Below, one piece after another: positions 11,111 to 24,371 of a DNA stretch of 64,000 bases. The DNA comes from Ranitomeya imitator (Eukaryota). Location: positions 132,184,001-132,248,000 of the forward strand of contig NC_091283.1 of NCBI RefSeq assembly GCF_032444005.1, written 5' to 3'. The translations under genes and the position numbers were made by a program. The notes beneath the pieces were generated by a model, which was not told where the DNA came from, did no database searches, and saw only the letters and a program-made list of their open reading frames with translations. Within the stretch, counting starts at the first letter, position 1; the number at the start of each line of letters is the position of its first letter.

Positions 11111-14100
11111 TGTAACACCCAAGGTAACTGGTTGTTACAGTGAGGTTGCCTTCCCTTCGGGGAGGGTGATATCACGCTTGGAGGCAAGGAGGATTTCCTT
11201 TATCAGGTAAGCACCTACATTCAACACATTCTGACTCCAGGCCAGAAGGGGGAGCTCTGAACCCGGATTCAGGGGAGCTTCCCCAGCTTTAAGTATTCTG
11301 GTCTGGAGGAAGAGTTAGTCAGTTGGAGATAGTCAGTTGTTCAGAGACAGTGGAGGAGAGTGAGCAGAGAGTGGGTCCGTGAAGCCACGTGTGAGCTGCA
11401 GCTCCAGGAAAGGAAGATAACCTGAAAGGTTGGAATGTGAATGTAGAGAGCATCTGAGGAAAGGAGCAAAGGAGAAGGAAAGGGCTTAGAGGGGAACTGT
11501 GACCGAGCACCCTCAGGAACCGGGCACCGGGAGCCCTTAGGTTGTGTTCAACTCTAGGTCGCACAGCAGAACCGGAGGGCAAAGGGCTTTAAGCAACTTG
11601 TCCGCACCCACACTTGGAGGTGAAGCACTATACTAGGAGCCCAGGTCATGATAGTGACCCTATAAAAAGCTTTGCACTGCCCACCATACGGGTAACTGTC
11701 CCAGGACAGGGGAGTGAGGACTTTGTCAGGAAGCCACAGGCAGCAAGGACCTCCCATACGAGCACGAACAGGAAGTCTTACGGACCTCACCTGGGAGAGG
11801 AATCCACCATTGCCTCCAGGCCACCTGTTCCTTGTATCCTGGACTGTAGCCTGCTACCACCAGTAAACCAGGTAAAGACATTACAACCTTGTGTCCTTCG
11901 TTTATTTATTTGCCGATATTCACCACCCTTGCCATACACATTGGGAGAGCTGGGGACCCCGCTTCACCTGTGGGAAGTGTCACCATCTTTGCTGCAGTAA
12001 CATCACCCCAGAAGACCCCTTTAAGCAGCGTCGGTCCCCTCTGACCGAGAACCACAATAGGCGTCATGAACACAAACTTTATTACAACTCCCTTTAAATA
12101 CCTTCCCCTTTTACTTGGGTGCCCAGGGCCACGGACCGGGTGGCCGCCACCATGACATCCCCTTTAAGTACCGGACCCGGTACATAGTACCTTACAGTCC
12201 TGTCGGGCGACTCAACTTGGCGTCATGAACAGGATGGACCGAGCTATTGAAATAAGTCCTGTGCGCCATGGACTGTAATGGACTGTGTAAAATTGTTTAA
12301 TGGCCGCCATTATTGCACCACGAGGCGGATAGAGAACGAGGAGGATGTGTTGCCATGGATGGAGTTCAAGAACCGGCACAAAAGCTGGAGCCGCCCACTA
12401 CATAGACTTTAATGCGAACAAAACATGTCCGTCAGGAGGAGATGGTCGGCAGGAAAGTGGAGCAGAGACCACCCAGGAAAGAAAGAAGGAGGAAGATGTG
12501 GGAAAGCGTGCATGCTACCCAGTAGAAGCGATGGCTCCTCAGCGCAGAGCTGGAGGAGCTGGCCCAACGACTCCTGCGGATCCAGATGACAGCAGTGGCC
12601 GCATGGAAGGAGTCCCTGATCAAAAGGATGACGACTGCACAGCAACAGAACTTACCACCAGCGCTCACAACGTCAGCGGAGCCAGAAAAAGATGGCGGTG
12701 CTGACGAAAGACCTGGAGCCCACACCTTTGAGCCCAGCCTGAAAGTGAGACGCTGCCGAAGGAGACGACAACACCACAGCACCAGGCCCTGCAACCAGCG
12801 CACCTGGCCCCAGCGGAGGCAGAGAAGGACATCGGCAACGGGGAGACAGGTATGCAAACTGTCCCGGTAGCTGAGGAAACCCTGGTGGGACCCCTAGCAC
12901 CCCTGCCAACCTTAACGCCTGGCCAGGTAGCAACCGCTATAAACTGGGACCGCATAACAGACATGGGGAATATACTTACTGATCCACTGGTGCCTGAACG
13001 CTCGCCCCTGAAGGCATGCAGACAAAAAGAGACCATACACTGGAGGCACCCAAAAACAGACTTTATGGGGTTCCCTGAAGAGGCCCAAGCAGCAGCTAAT
13101 CGTCTAGCAATAATAGAAAAAGAAAAATACTGCCGGCGGCAGATTTTGAAATTAGTCGCAGAGGATAATAAACGCAGAGCTAAGTGGGAGGTTTTTGAAG
13201 AAAGAAACATATTAGCTAAAGCCAAGTCTTGCAAATGTAAACCTGCGGGTAGAGGACCAATAAGATCAGGAAGTGTTGTCACCTTTAACCTGGACAGAGG
13301 ATGGGTATTCATAAAAGAACATGGTGAAACTGCAGAACTGTTTGTAAACTGCAGAGACGTATAGTCACACCCCTTAAAGGGACACCCTGACCGTGACCTT
13401 TACCCAGGAGATAAAGTAACTTTTACCCGGTACCATGGTGAAGGGGGGTATTATGACCTACATGTTAAAAGTTTCCCAGGACAATGTACCAATACCCATG
13501 TAGCCACTGAGAGTGGAATGCAAAACCAGGCTACAGAAACCCCTGTTGATGGACTGTTTCCTATGGAGTCACCAGTTGACACATATACCAAAGAATCTCC
13601 CCAGTCAGGAAGCTGTGCACACCAGGACCTGCCCTGGAAAAGAACGTAAAGAGACATTTACCTGTTTAAAAATATTGTTGATTAAGTTTTGACTATGTTT
13701 ATTTGACGTTTCTTACAGTTTAAAAGGACAGTAGGGTAATGAGCAGTGCTTACCTGAGAACGTTCACTTGTAAATAGTTGGCACCTCTTAATGTGCCCCT
13801 TATTGGTTTTACCATGCGATGGCAGCGTGTGTGGAACCTCTGTTTACCTTGTTTGCTTTAACAGAACGAAGAAAAAATGTCTGGCGTGGCTGAAGACAAG
13901 GTCTGGTTGTTATGCCTTGTAGCCCACCAAAGACGTTACAACCTTGTGTCCTCCCTTTATTTGCCGGCATTCACCACCCTCGCCATACACATTGGAAGCC
14001 CTGGGGACCCCGCTTCACCTGTGGGAAGCGTCACCATCTTTGCTGCAGTAACATCCTCCCAGAGGACCCATTTAAGCAGCGTCGGTCCCCTCTGACCGAG

Positions 14101-14265
14101 AACCACAGGTGGCGTCATGAACACAAACTTTATTACAACTCCCTTAAAAGACCTTCCCCTTTTACTTGGGTGCCCATGGCCACGGACCGTGTAGCCGCCA
14201 CTGTGACATCCCCTTTAAGTACTGGACCCGGTACCGAGTACCCCACGGCCCTGGTGGGCGACTCA
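11111..14265 (+). mobile_element. Non-autonomous Gypsy-type LTR element (no pol), 5' LTR 11111-12214, partial 3' LTR ~13915-14265
   Basis: TGTAAC...CTCA ends with a 4-bp TSD CCTG. PBS TGGCGTCATGAACAGGAT (12218-12235) is complementary, with 1 mismatch, to the tRNA-Ser(CGA) 3' end as I recall it. 13915-14265 repeats 11865-12214. Confidence 0.85.
12852..13650 (+). pseudogene. Degenerate LTR-element ORF containing a cold-shock (CSD/OB-fold) domain
   Basis: Reading through one TAG (13362-13364) gives GSVVTFNLDRGWVFIKEHGETAELFVNCRDV*SHPLKGHPDRDLYPGDKVTFTRYHGEGGYYDLHV, which fits the CSD pattern G.V..FN..KGFGFI....DVFVH...I.....L..G..V.F. Confidence 0.65.
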
Positions 14266-14454
14266 CCTGCAGCTTACAAGATATCAGCGTTACACATCCA
14301 CGTGGCGTGATGGGGTAATTGCATTGCACCATCTCTGCAGGCCAGCTATAGAAGTCAGAAGAGGAGACAGAGACCAGGAATAAGGATGAGGTGAGCATAA
14401 TCTTTATTGTTTTTTTATATTATCGGGTTGTGGGGGCCATCATACCATATATGA

Positions 14455-15298
14455 GGCGTCCTTCACACATCTGTGTTTCCAGTACATGTGGTATCTACCA
14501 CAACAAACCCATTATAACCTATAGGGCTGTTCACATGTCTGTGTTTTTACACAGACCGCGTGGCCATACAAAACACGCAGAGACATGTCAGTTTTTTTCT
14601 GGCAGCAGGATGACAAGGGCTAATACAAGTCTATGGGTCCATGAAAAACACAGAGTATGATATACTGTGGGGTACACACAATAATTGTATAGTCTCAAGT
14701 AATAGAAGCTCAGTAATAAGCAACCGCTGCAATAAAAGGTATAAACAACAACATGAAATCATCTGAGAAAATCCTACCACCTGTCTCTATGTGTAGATGC
14801 CGATAATAAATATCCTAAGGAAAGCTGGTAACAAACATCACTGGGCGTCCCCATAACAGGTGCGATATGCATGACGTGATCTAAAGAGTTATATACAAAA
14901 AAGTAGAGAAATAGATCACCAATTTATGGTAGTATCTCCAGAGGGAACAAGATAGAAAGGTACGTGCTATATGCATAACAGGTAAGTATGAGCATAATAG
15001 GACCACTAATAATGCAGGGGGCTGTAACTTGCCTCTTACTCATTCAGGGGAGTTGTCATTTTGCAATTTCTATGTGGTTTTAAATTATTTTATTATGGTT
15101 GTATGTCCCATTGGTGTTCACTAAAATTGTGTATTTTATTGCATATTAGGTGTGCACATGCCATATGCATTGGTCTTTCTCTCTTCCTTATTACTGATAG
15201 TAAAAACGGACACACGGATGACACACTGATGGAAAACAATGATGACACCGGTACTAGTTTTTCACGTATGTGTTTTCTATAGACGTGTGAAGGAGGCC
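14455..15298. mobile_element. Harbinger-type MITE interrupted by unrelated AT-rich sequence (~14660-15200)
   Basis: Ends GGCGTCCTTCACAC...GTGTGAAGGAGGCC, flanked by TGA/TAA. Confidence 0.55.
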
Positions 15299-15364
15299 TA
15301 AGAGGGAGTGTGAGGCATAATTCCATGTATAAGGGCAGTGAGACCATGAGAGAGTATGTAAGAG

Positions 15365-17480
15365 GCTGTGAAGGCCATAATACAGTATACACGTAGATGT
15401 GAAGGCCATAATACAGTATACACGTAGCTGTGAAGGCCATAATACAGTATACACGTAGATGTGAAGGCCATAATACAGTATACACGTAGATGTGAAGGCC
15501 ATAATACAGTATACACGTAGATGTGAAGGCCATAATACAGTATACACGTAGCTGTGAAGGCCATAATACAGTATACACGTAGCTGTGAAGGCCATAATAC
15601 AGTATACACGTAGCTGTGAAGGCCATAATACAGTATACACGTAGCTGTGAAGGCCATAATACAGTATACACGTAGATGTGAAGGCCATAATACAGTATAC
15701 ACGTAGATGTGAAGGCCATAATACAGTATACACGTAGATGTGAAGGCCATAATACAGTATACACGTAGCTGTGAAGGCCATAATACAGTATACACGTAGC
15801 TGTGAAGGCCATAATACAGTATACACGTAGCTGTGAAGGCCATAATACAGTATACACGTAGCTGTGAAGGCCATAATACAGTATACACGTAGCTGTGAAG
15901 GCCATAATACAGTATACACGTAGCTGTGAAGGCCATAATACAGTATACACGTAGCTGTGTGTAACGCTCGCGCCGAGACTGGTTGGCGCGGGCGCCTGGG
16001 GGTGTGGCCCCACTGGACCACAGACCGAACTTCCCTGGAAGGGGCGTAACTAAGTAGCTTCCTAGGTGTTCGCTGGAGCCTCTGATGGTGAGGTCAGACT
16101 TGTGCAATAGGAAGCTACCAGGTACCACTCCAGGGTGGAGTCGGACTGTGGATGCTGATCCCACCGGGGACAAGACACGGGCAGGCAGGCAGGCACGGCT
16201 GTGACACTGGCTGACAGACGGGTATGGCAGAGGCCCTGACGGGCAGACTGGCTTGACGGAGATACAGGCAGGCAGACGGGCGCGGCTGGCACTCAGGCAG
16301 ACAGGCGGGTACGGCTGGCACTGGCAGACAGGACTGATACTCTGGTAGGAACTGGTATTCAGATGGATGTGTGGAAACAGGTAAGAACCTGTTCAGACTG
16401 GAGAATATAAAGGAACAGGTAGAGACCTGTAGGGAAAGTTGCAGAATTAAGATAGAGCAAGAGTGGAAGAAAAGCTGAATCGCAGGAGGCGGAGTACAAG
16501 TAAAAGGTGGAGCTATGAGCAGAGAAGGAGAAGGCAGAGCAGAGAGTAGAGAAGGAGAAGGCAGAGCCAAGAGCGGAGACGCTGGAGGCGGAGCCAGGAC
16601 GCTGGAGGCGGAGCCAAGAGCGGGGACGCTGGAGGCGGAGCCAAGAGCAAAGCCACAGAGAGCGGAGCAAGGTCAGAGAGCAGAGCTGAGAGAAAAGCTG
16701 AGAGACACAGAGCCACAGGTTGTGGTAGAACTGAGCAAAGAGAAGCAGAGCCACAGACAGTGGCGAACAGAGGAGAAAGATAAGGCAGAGGTACACACAG
16801 CTGAGTGGGAAATGACTAATGACAAAGAAGGAGCAGGGACGGACATAGACCAGAGTACAGACAGGAACGGATACACAAACAGAACACAGATGAAGGCCTG
16901 CAATAGTGCAGCCCTCAGAGACAGGAAACACACGACCTGGCAGCTCAGTAGCACATGCTAACTGAGGGGAATAGTTTGCTCAGGCATCCTCCAATGGGTG
17001 AGGATGCCTTAAGTATCAGAGGCCTCAAGGCTATTGGCCAGAAGCACCTTAGGGAGGTGCACACAGTCTCAATAAGAATCCGGAGTGGCTGGCGCCGCCC
17101 CCCTATGCACACAGCCAGGAAGTGTACACAGAGCAGGCCGCCATGAAGCACATGGCATGGAACCAGCAGCAGACAGATCTCACAGCATGGCACTGGGTGA
17201 GTGAGTAGATGTAACAGGCAGGTGGGGAATGGAAGGCCATGCAGTGATGCCGGCAGGGTTGTTACACTGTGAAGGCCATAATACAGTATACACAAAGCTG
17301 TGAAGGCCATAATACAGTATACACGTAGATGTGAAGGCCATAATACAGTATACACGTAGCTGTGAAGGCCATAATACAGTATACACGTAGCTGTGAAGGC
17401 CATAATACAGTATACACGTAGCTGTGAAGGCCATAATACAGTATACACGTAGCTGTGAAGGCCATAATACAGTATACATG
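15365..17480. repeat. 31-bp minisatellite (GCTGTGAAGGCCATAATACAGTATACACGTA), ~19 + ~7 units, split by an LTR-like insertion
   Basis: Direct reading; units at 15551 and 15582 give a period of 31. Confidence 0.95.
15960..17266. mobile_element. Solo-LTR-like element inserted in the minisatellite
   Basis: TGTAAC...GTTACA termini with a 5-bp TSD CTGTG (15955-15959 / 17267-17271); no coding motif. Confidence 0.8.
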
Positions 17481-17599
17481 TAGTTCTGGACTATTGTATC
17501 CTCAGTGTGGTGGATTGTTTCTGGACCTTTTAGTTTTGCCTATAATAAAGGTCTTGGGATTGTTCACACTTCCCTCGCTCTGTTGATTGTGTGGTATCA

Positions 17600-18414
17600 G
17601 AGAAGGACCCTGTGACATAAGGGGCTGTGGGGACCATCATACAGTGTATAGGGAGTTGGATGGGCCATCATGCAGCGTACAGGGCACTGTAGGGACCATC
17701 ATACAGGGAGCTATAGGACCATCATACTATATATAGGGAGCTGTGGGACCATTTATCATACTAAATATAGAGGAGTTATATAAAGGGCTTCATTCTAGAT
17801 GTAGGTAACTGTGGGGGCATCATATAGGGGGCCTCATGCTATACATAGGAGGGCTATGGAAACATCATACTATATATAAGGAGCCCGTGGGTGCTTCATC
17901 ATATTATACATAGGGGTCTGTGGGGACCTCATAATGTATATTGGGGCTGTGGGCGATCATCATACTGTATATAGGGCATTGTGGGGGAAATTATGATATA
18001 TAAGGAGTGTGTTGGCCCTAAAATGTATATAGCGGCTGAGGGGGCATCATTGTATATAGGGGGCTGTGAGGCCCCAAAATATGCATAGGGGTTGTAGTGA
18101 CTAGAGTTGAGTGAATATCTTTGGTTCTCTGCTTATTTGGCGCTAGCCAAATAAGCTGTAGAGGGAACCCGGCTTCCTGGATTGCAGCGGCTGAACATCT
18201 GATCGGTACCACAGCTGAATGTGTCACGACTGTATCACAGTGACAGCACATGCATGGAGAGCCCAACACACAGACTATCCACGTCATAGACGCCCGTATA
18301 GTTGAATGCGACGGCGGCGGCACTGGCGGGGGGAGGGGGGAAGAGTGCAGCGGCCCACTACTGGCACCGGCCCTTCTGGCATTTGCCAGAAGTGCCCGAT
18401 GGCCAGTCCGGCCC
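17600..18414. mobile_element. Right part of a hAT-like non-autonomous element with degenerate internal repeats
   Basis: Degenerate GGGGCTGTGGGG..CATCATACT repeats, ending in CAGTCCGGCCCTG. The same terminus occurs at ~22673. The left end was not identified. Confidence 0.45.
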
Positions 18415-18807
18415 TGCCTAGACCAGTCCATGGCAATTGTTTGTACACATGGAATATAGTCATGCATTGGTGTGTATCATTACTGCACACAAGAATATAC
18501 ACTGCTGTATGTATATACACTCACCAAGTAAATGTACCGTAAATATGATACATGCTCTTTGTGAGTGTCTAGTATAGACCTATTGAATGTAAATAAGTAC
18601 TGTATATTTTCATTAGATAGTGGTTTATTTGTCTTTAGAAGTACCAAGGCTGTGTATATTCTTGTGTAAGCTTCAGGTGCTTTGCTAGGGTCCTAAAACA
18701 TAAGGGACCTAATCTCCCCATATCACACTACCTCTACAATCTATACATATAATTATGGTATTCAACTATTCCTAACGCTAAAATATAATATACAAAGACC
18801 AATATAA

Positions 18808-19590
18808 TATGCTGCAGCCAGGATCATATTCCTCACCAACCGTTACACCGATGCCTCTACCCTGTGCCAGTCATTACACTGGCTACCCATCCACTCCAGA
18901 ATCCAGTACAAAACTACTACCCTCATCCACAAAGCACTCCATGGCTCAGCACCACCCTACATCTCCTCCCTGGTATCAGTCTACCACCCTACCCGTGCCC
19001 TCCGCTCCGCTAATGACCTCAGGTTAGCATCCTCAATAATCAGAACCTCCCACTCCCGTCTCCAAGACTTTACACGTGCTGCGCCGATTCTTTGGAATGC
19101 ACTACCTAGGTTAATACGATTAATCCCCAATCCCCACAGTTTTAAGCGTGCCCTAAAAACTCATTTGTTCAGACTGGCCTACCGCCTCAATGCATTAACC
19201 TAACGATCCCTGTGTGGCCTATTTATAATAAAAAAAAAAAAAAAAAGTTCCTCGCATCATGTTCTCATACACTTTATGCAGTTAATAGCCCTCTGTGTCT
19301 GTACTGCTACATACTGGTTCATGCAGCTTTACATGAACACCTGAGCCTTACACTATAGCTGGTCCGAATAACTAAAGCAATTGTTACCATCCACCTCTCG
19401 TGTCTCCCCTTTTCCCCATAGTTTGTAAGCTTGCGAGCAGGGCCCTCATTCCTCCTGGTATCTGTTTTGAACTGTATTTCTGTTATGCTGTAATGTCTAT
19501 TGTCTGTACAAGTCCCCTCTATAATTTGTAAAGCGCTGCGGAATATGTTGGCGCTATATAAATAAAATTATTATTATTATTATTATAATA
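18808..19590 (+). mobile_element. L2-clade LINE 3' fragment
   Basis: Open frame 18808-19203 NAAARIIF...LHWLPIHSRIQYK...FKRALKTHLF (typical L2 ORF2 C-terminus), followed by a 3' UTR ending GCGCTGCGGAATATGTTGGCGCTATATAAATAAA(ATT)n. Confidence 0.9.
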
Positions 19591-19871
19591 TTACCAAGAT
19601 TACTACTGTACAAGGCCAAAATAATACCGCTACACAATGATGCTCCCTCTCCCATCATTCCCCGCTCTCCCTCTAACACTGTGGGTGCACCTGTGTGTCC
19701 CAGGCAGACTGCAGCCGCCGAGACAGGAGCAGGGAGCAGCGCGGGCAAGAGGAGAGGTGAGGAGAATGTTTTTTTGTTTTTTTTTACTGGACTGTGGGAC
19801 CATTATCGGGGGAGGGGGGGAGAGGAGATATGAGATGTGGGCTGTGCTAGTCTGTCATTGCCTCAGTTACA

Positions 19872-21035
19872 GCTGTGTGGGCAGTGCTGTATATACTACT
19901 GTGTGGGCAGTGCTGTATATACTACTGGGTGGGCAGTGCTGTATATACTACTGGGTGGGCTGTGCTGTATATACTACTGGGTGGGCTGTGCTGTATATAC
20001 TACTGTGTGGGCTGTGCTGTATATGCTACTGTGTGGGCAGTGCTGTATATGCTACTGTGTGGGCAGTGCTGTATATACTACTGGGTGGGCTGTGCTGTAT
20101 ATACTACTGGGTGGGCAGTGCCGTATATGCTACTGTGTGGGCAGTGCTGTATACTACTGTGTGGGCTGTGCTGTATATACTACTGTGTGGGCAGTGCTAT
20201 ATATACTACTGTGTGGGCTGTGCTGTATATACTACTGGGTGGGCAGTGCCGTATATGCTACTGTGTGGGCAGTGCTGTATACTACTGTGTGGGCTGTGCT
20301 GTATATACTACTGTGTAGGCAGTGCTGTATATACTACTGTGTAGGCAGTGCTGTATATACTACTGTGTGGGCAGTGCTATATATACTACTGGGTGGGCTG
20401 TGCTGTATATACTACTGGGTGGGCAGTGCTGTATATACTACTGTGTGGGCTGTGCTGTATATACTACTGTGTGGGCTGTGCTGTATATACTGCTGTGTGG
20501 GCTGTGCTGTATATACTGCTCTGTGGGCAGTGCTGTATATACTGCTGTGTGGGCTGTGCTGTATATGCTACTGTGTGGGCAGTGCTGTATATACTACTGT
20601 GTGGGCTGTGCTGTATATACTGCTGTGTGGGCAGTGCTGTATATACTGCTGTGTGGGCAGTGCTGTATATACTGCTGTGTGGGCTGTGCTGTATATACTG
20701 CTGTGTGGGCTGTGCTGTATATGCTACTGTGTGGGCAGTGCTGTATATACTACTGTGTGGGCTGTGCTGTATATACTGCTGTGTGGGCAGTGCTGTATAT
20801 ACTACTGTGTGGGCTGTGCTGTATATACTGCTGTGTGGGCAGTGCTGTATATACTGCTGTGTGGGCTGTGCTGTATATACTGCTGTGTGGGCTGTGCTGT
20901 ATATACTGTTGTGTGGGCTGTGCTGTATATACTGCTGTGTGGGCAGTGCTGTATATACTACTGTGTGGGTAGTGCTGTATATACTGTGTGGGCTGTGCTG
21001 TATACTACTGTGTGGGCAGTGCTGTATATACTACT
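19872..21035. repeat. 26-bp minisatellite (GTGGGC[A/T]GTGCTGTATATACT[A/G]CTGT), ~45 units
   Basis: Direct reading; degenerate continuation at ~21830-22200, probably inside a hAT-like element ending at ~22673. Confidence 0.95.
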
Positions 21036-21746
21036 GTAGTAAGAAAATATCCGGCACTCAAAAATCATGAAAGATTTTTTTATTTAATTTATACCAGTGA
21101 TTTTTCTTATCTCTGCATCTACTGGTAAGCGTTCTCTCGTTCTTTCTTGTTTTTTTCTTGTTTCTCCTTCTTATTGTAGTCAGGAGGATTTATTATATGG
21201 ATACCATGATGTGCGTCTATGAGACTGTGAGACACATGAGGCACTGATGTTATACTTATTATAGATTTTTGCAAAAAATTTTTTTTCTTTTTTTCCTTTG
21301 GGAATATCATGAAAGGTGATATTTGTTGACAATGTTCATCTATCCATCTATACATTATGTTTATTGTTTCATTGTCTATAGTTTGTATCATTGACTATTG
21401 GATGTCAGTTATGGAAATGATATCAATTTTGTAGTTTTTTCTAAACTAACTGTACATTATGGTAATATAATAAGTATTTTGGAGTTTCTTTTTTGAAAAC
21501 CATGAGATTTATGGAATGATGAATTATGGAATGAAAATCAGTGTATTCTCAATGTATGATCCAGCTTAGTAGAGGAATTACTTATTAATTTGAAATATGA
21601 TCCTGTTGTATATCTGCTTAAAATGAATCGTTTTGTTTCATGTTATTTTTTCTGTTTCTTTATATCCTAGTCTGATGAAGGTCATAAAGACCGAATTAAA
21701 TAAATAAATCTTTCATGATTTTTGAGTGCCGGATTTTTTCTTACTA
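21036..21746 (+). mobile_element. Penelope-like element fragment with inverted terminal copies and a partial hammerhead core
   Basis: The ~55-bp left end TAGTAAGAAAATATCCGGCACTCAAAAATCATGAAAGA is the reverse complement of the right end. CTGATGA-A-GGTC(ATAAA)GACC-GAA lies at ~21671-21694. Confidence 0.5.
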
Positions 21747-22768
21747 TATTTGAATAGGGGTTGGCATCCCTTTTCTGAGCACCTAATTAAAAAGGAGGAG
21801 TGACGTGATTGACAATTTAAAGTATATACTACTGTGTGGGCTGTGCTGTATACTACTACGCGAGCTGTGCTATATACTATGCGGGCTTTGATACATACTA
21901 TGGGGGCTGCATTATATTCTATAGGGGGTTGCAGTATACTCTGTGGTGGCTGCATTATACTGTATCGAGGACTATGGGGAATACGTTATACTATATGAAG
22001 AACTATGGGGTGCATTATACTATGGGAAGTGAATTGTACTACATGGATGACTATGGCGGTGCATTATACTATATGGAGCACTATGAGGAGGGTATTATGC
22101 TATATGGAGGACTGAGCAGTGTATTTTAATATATGGAGGACTATAGGCAGTGTATTATACTATATGGAGGACTGTGGTGCACATTATAATATATGGAGGA
22201 CTGTGGGATGTATTTTACTAAACAAGTAAAATGCTGCATATTCAGATCGTTTTTGCCAGAACAAAAATCCTTGTTCTCAGCAGCACATCGCCGGTGTAAA
22301 CTGCAGATGTGCTGCTGATAACATGATACTGTATGGGGATCTGTTAGTGATCTATTAGTGATGGTTCTGTCCCATCATTCTTTCTCAGACGGTGGAAAGA
22401 GGTTGGGAAACAAGCGTTGAACAACTCCAGTATTGTCAATCAAACTCATTTAGCGGTCTGAACTCAGCACTTGTAAATACAACCGAAATGCTTTTGTGTG
22501 ATGTGCAATATGTTAGCGTTTGGGGCCCCATTTTAAACTTTGCCTAGGGCCTTACTTTGCCTAAAACCGGCCCTGCCTACAAGTGTACAAAGATATTATA
22601 CAGTCACCATGTGACAAGTGGGCCTGTGTAACTTCAAATGCCAGGGCTGAATTTTAGTCCCAGTCCGGCCCTGGATCTAGGTTCTGGATCGGTGAGGTGA
22701 CATTTCTATAGCTAAGTGAAGGGCAGGTGCAACACTAGTTTCTAAAACGACTGCAGTTACAAGTGATA

Positions 22769-23086
22769 GGCTAGGTTCACATTGCGTTAACGGACTCCGT
22801 TGCACGGCAAAAATGTCGCAGTTAACGCCGTGCAACAGGTCCGTTAGCGCACCCATTGACAGCAATGTGATTTGTGCCTGTAGCGCATGCCATTTTCGGC
22901 ACGCGCTAGCGATGTGCCGTTCTTTTGTGACGGACCTCGGACGCTGCTTGCAGCATCCGAGGTCCGTCCCTCGCTAGAGCAGATCGGGGATCTGCGCTAG
23001 TGGGGACGGCGAACACGGACCCAAAATAAACATTGCGTTAGCGGATTGCGCTTAACGGATTGCCCTAACGTAATGTGGACCTAGCC
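22769..23086. mobile_element. Harbinger-type MITE
   Basis: TIR GGCTAGGTTCACATT...AATGTGGACCTAGCC, ATA/TTA flanks. Confidence 0.8.
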
Positions 23087-23415
23087 TTATAATGTTAAGG
23101 CACATCCGGTCCTTCTCCCTGCTAAAAACCTGCGCACATTGTACTGATTGTGTGCATGTGTATCAGGGCATGAGGGGGAAGAGTCATTAGTGTGTTTAGA
23201 GTCCAAAATGGCCTCGGTTCCAAATTTGGACCAGGAACCCCACCTGCATGTTGGTCACAAGTATGACTTCTTATAGCTTTCTAGATTCTATAAAAACATA
23301 TGTTCACACCCCATATGACTGTCCTGGATCCCTTCCAGTATTAATTTCCCCCATCCTGGTCTAACCCAAGAATAGTCACCCATTCCGCTCCTCTTCTCCA
23401 ACACATTTAAAATAA

Positions 23416-23680
23416 GGCAGCACGGTGGCTCAGTGGTTAGCACAGCAGCCATGCAGCGCTGGGGTCATGGGTTCTAATCCCACCTTGGCCAACATCTGCA
23501 GGGAGTTTGTATGTTCTCCCTGTGTTTGCGTGGGTTTCCTCCGGGTTCTCTGGTTTCCTCCCACATACCAAAGACATACTGATAGGGAATTTAGATTGTG
23601 AGCCCTATCGAGGACAGTGATGATAATGTGTGCAAAACTGTAAAGCGCTGCGGAATATGTTGGTGCTATATAAAAATAAA
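23416..23680 (+). mobile_element. tRNA-derived SINE with an L2-type tail
   Basis: A box TGGCTCAGTGG, B box GGTTCTAATCC, tail GCGCTGCGGAATATGTTGGTGCTATATAAAAATAAA. Confidence 0.88.
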
Positions 23681-24371
23681 GATATATATAGAATTTTTTT
23701 TTTTTTTTTAACACACACACACACAATTCTTTTTACCTTCCTTCACTCCCACGACACGTGGCACATTCTTCAATAGTCAGTGAAACCGACTTCGGTGTGT
23801 CCACCACGGGCAGTGAATGACATCACTACCATGCACCGCCCATGACAGGTACGCTGATGTCCGCTACTAGCCTCTGATTGTATTGCAGTGCAGGGAGACG
23901 GCGGGTCTCTGTGCCACAATACATTTCAGCTAAATTTACGCACGAGAAGCTACATCCAGGTGTAATAGACCCTGGGGGTCAATGGTCCCTCCTCATGCAC
24001 AGTTCTGGTCGCACCCTCTGTGCAACTCCTCTAGTGATCGGCGTAACTGGAATTTTTCCAAACACTTATCTAAACTGTAGGGTCAGTATTGTCATCCTGA
24101 ATTACTAATACGGGGCATAAACACAGAATACCAAAGACAACATGAACTCTAAGTATGGCCTTCTGCTAAAGGCGACTTTTACTGAAGCCTTCTGTTATTT
24201 AGTTCAGGATTTTATACATTACGTAATAGCAGAATATTAATTTAAACCCTGAGTTGCAATTTAAGATAAAAAAAGTAAATATATATTTTGTAATCACCAG
24301 TCAGGTCTATTTCAAAGATTCTTTATTTCTGTATACAAATAAATATTGGGTTCAATGTTTAATTTTCTCAT

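Noticed and set aside
16515-16961. Glu/Arg/Ala-rich 148-aa ORF
   Set aside because: Low-complexity internal repeats of the LTR-like insertion; no domain motif.
15093-17480. Long ORFs (255-306 aa) and regular repeats resembling a CRISPR array or repeat protein
   Set aside because: The units are directly adjacent with no unique spacers; the ORFs are only stop-free translations of the 31-bp minisatellite in a eukaryotic context.
19637-21070. Cys/Tyr-rich ORFs up to 400 aa
   Set aside because: All frames are open because the 26-bp repeat lacks stops; there are no splice signals or unique coding sequence.
23416-23490. tRNA-like sequence with A and B boxes (also 49119 and 49561)
   Set aside because: No complete cloverleaf; it continues into a shared SINE body and L2 tail.
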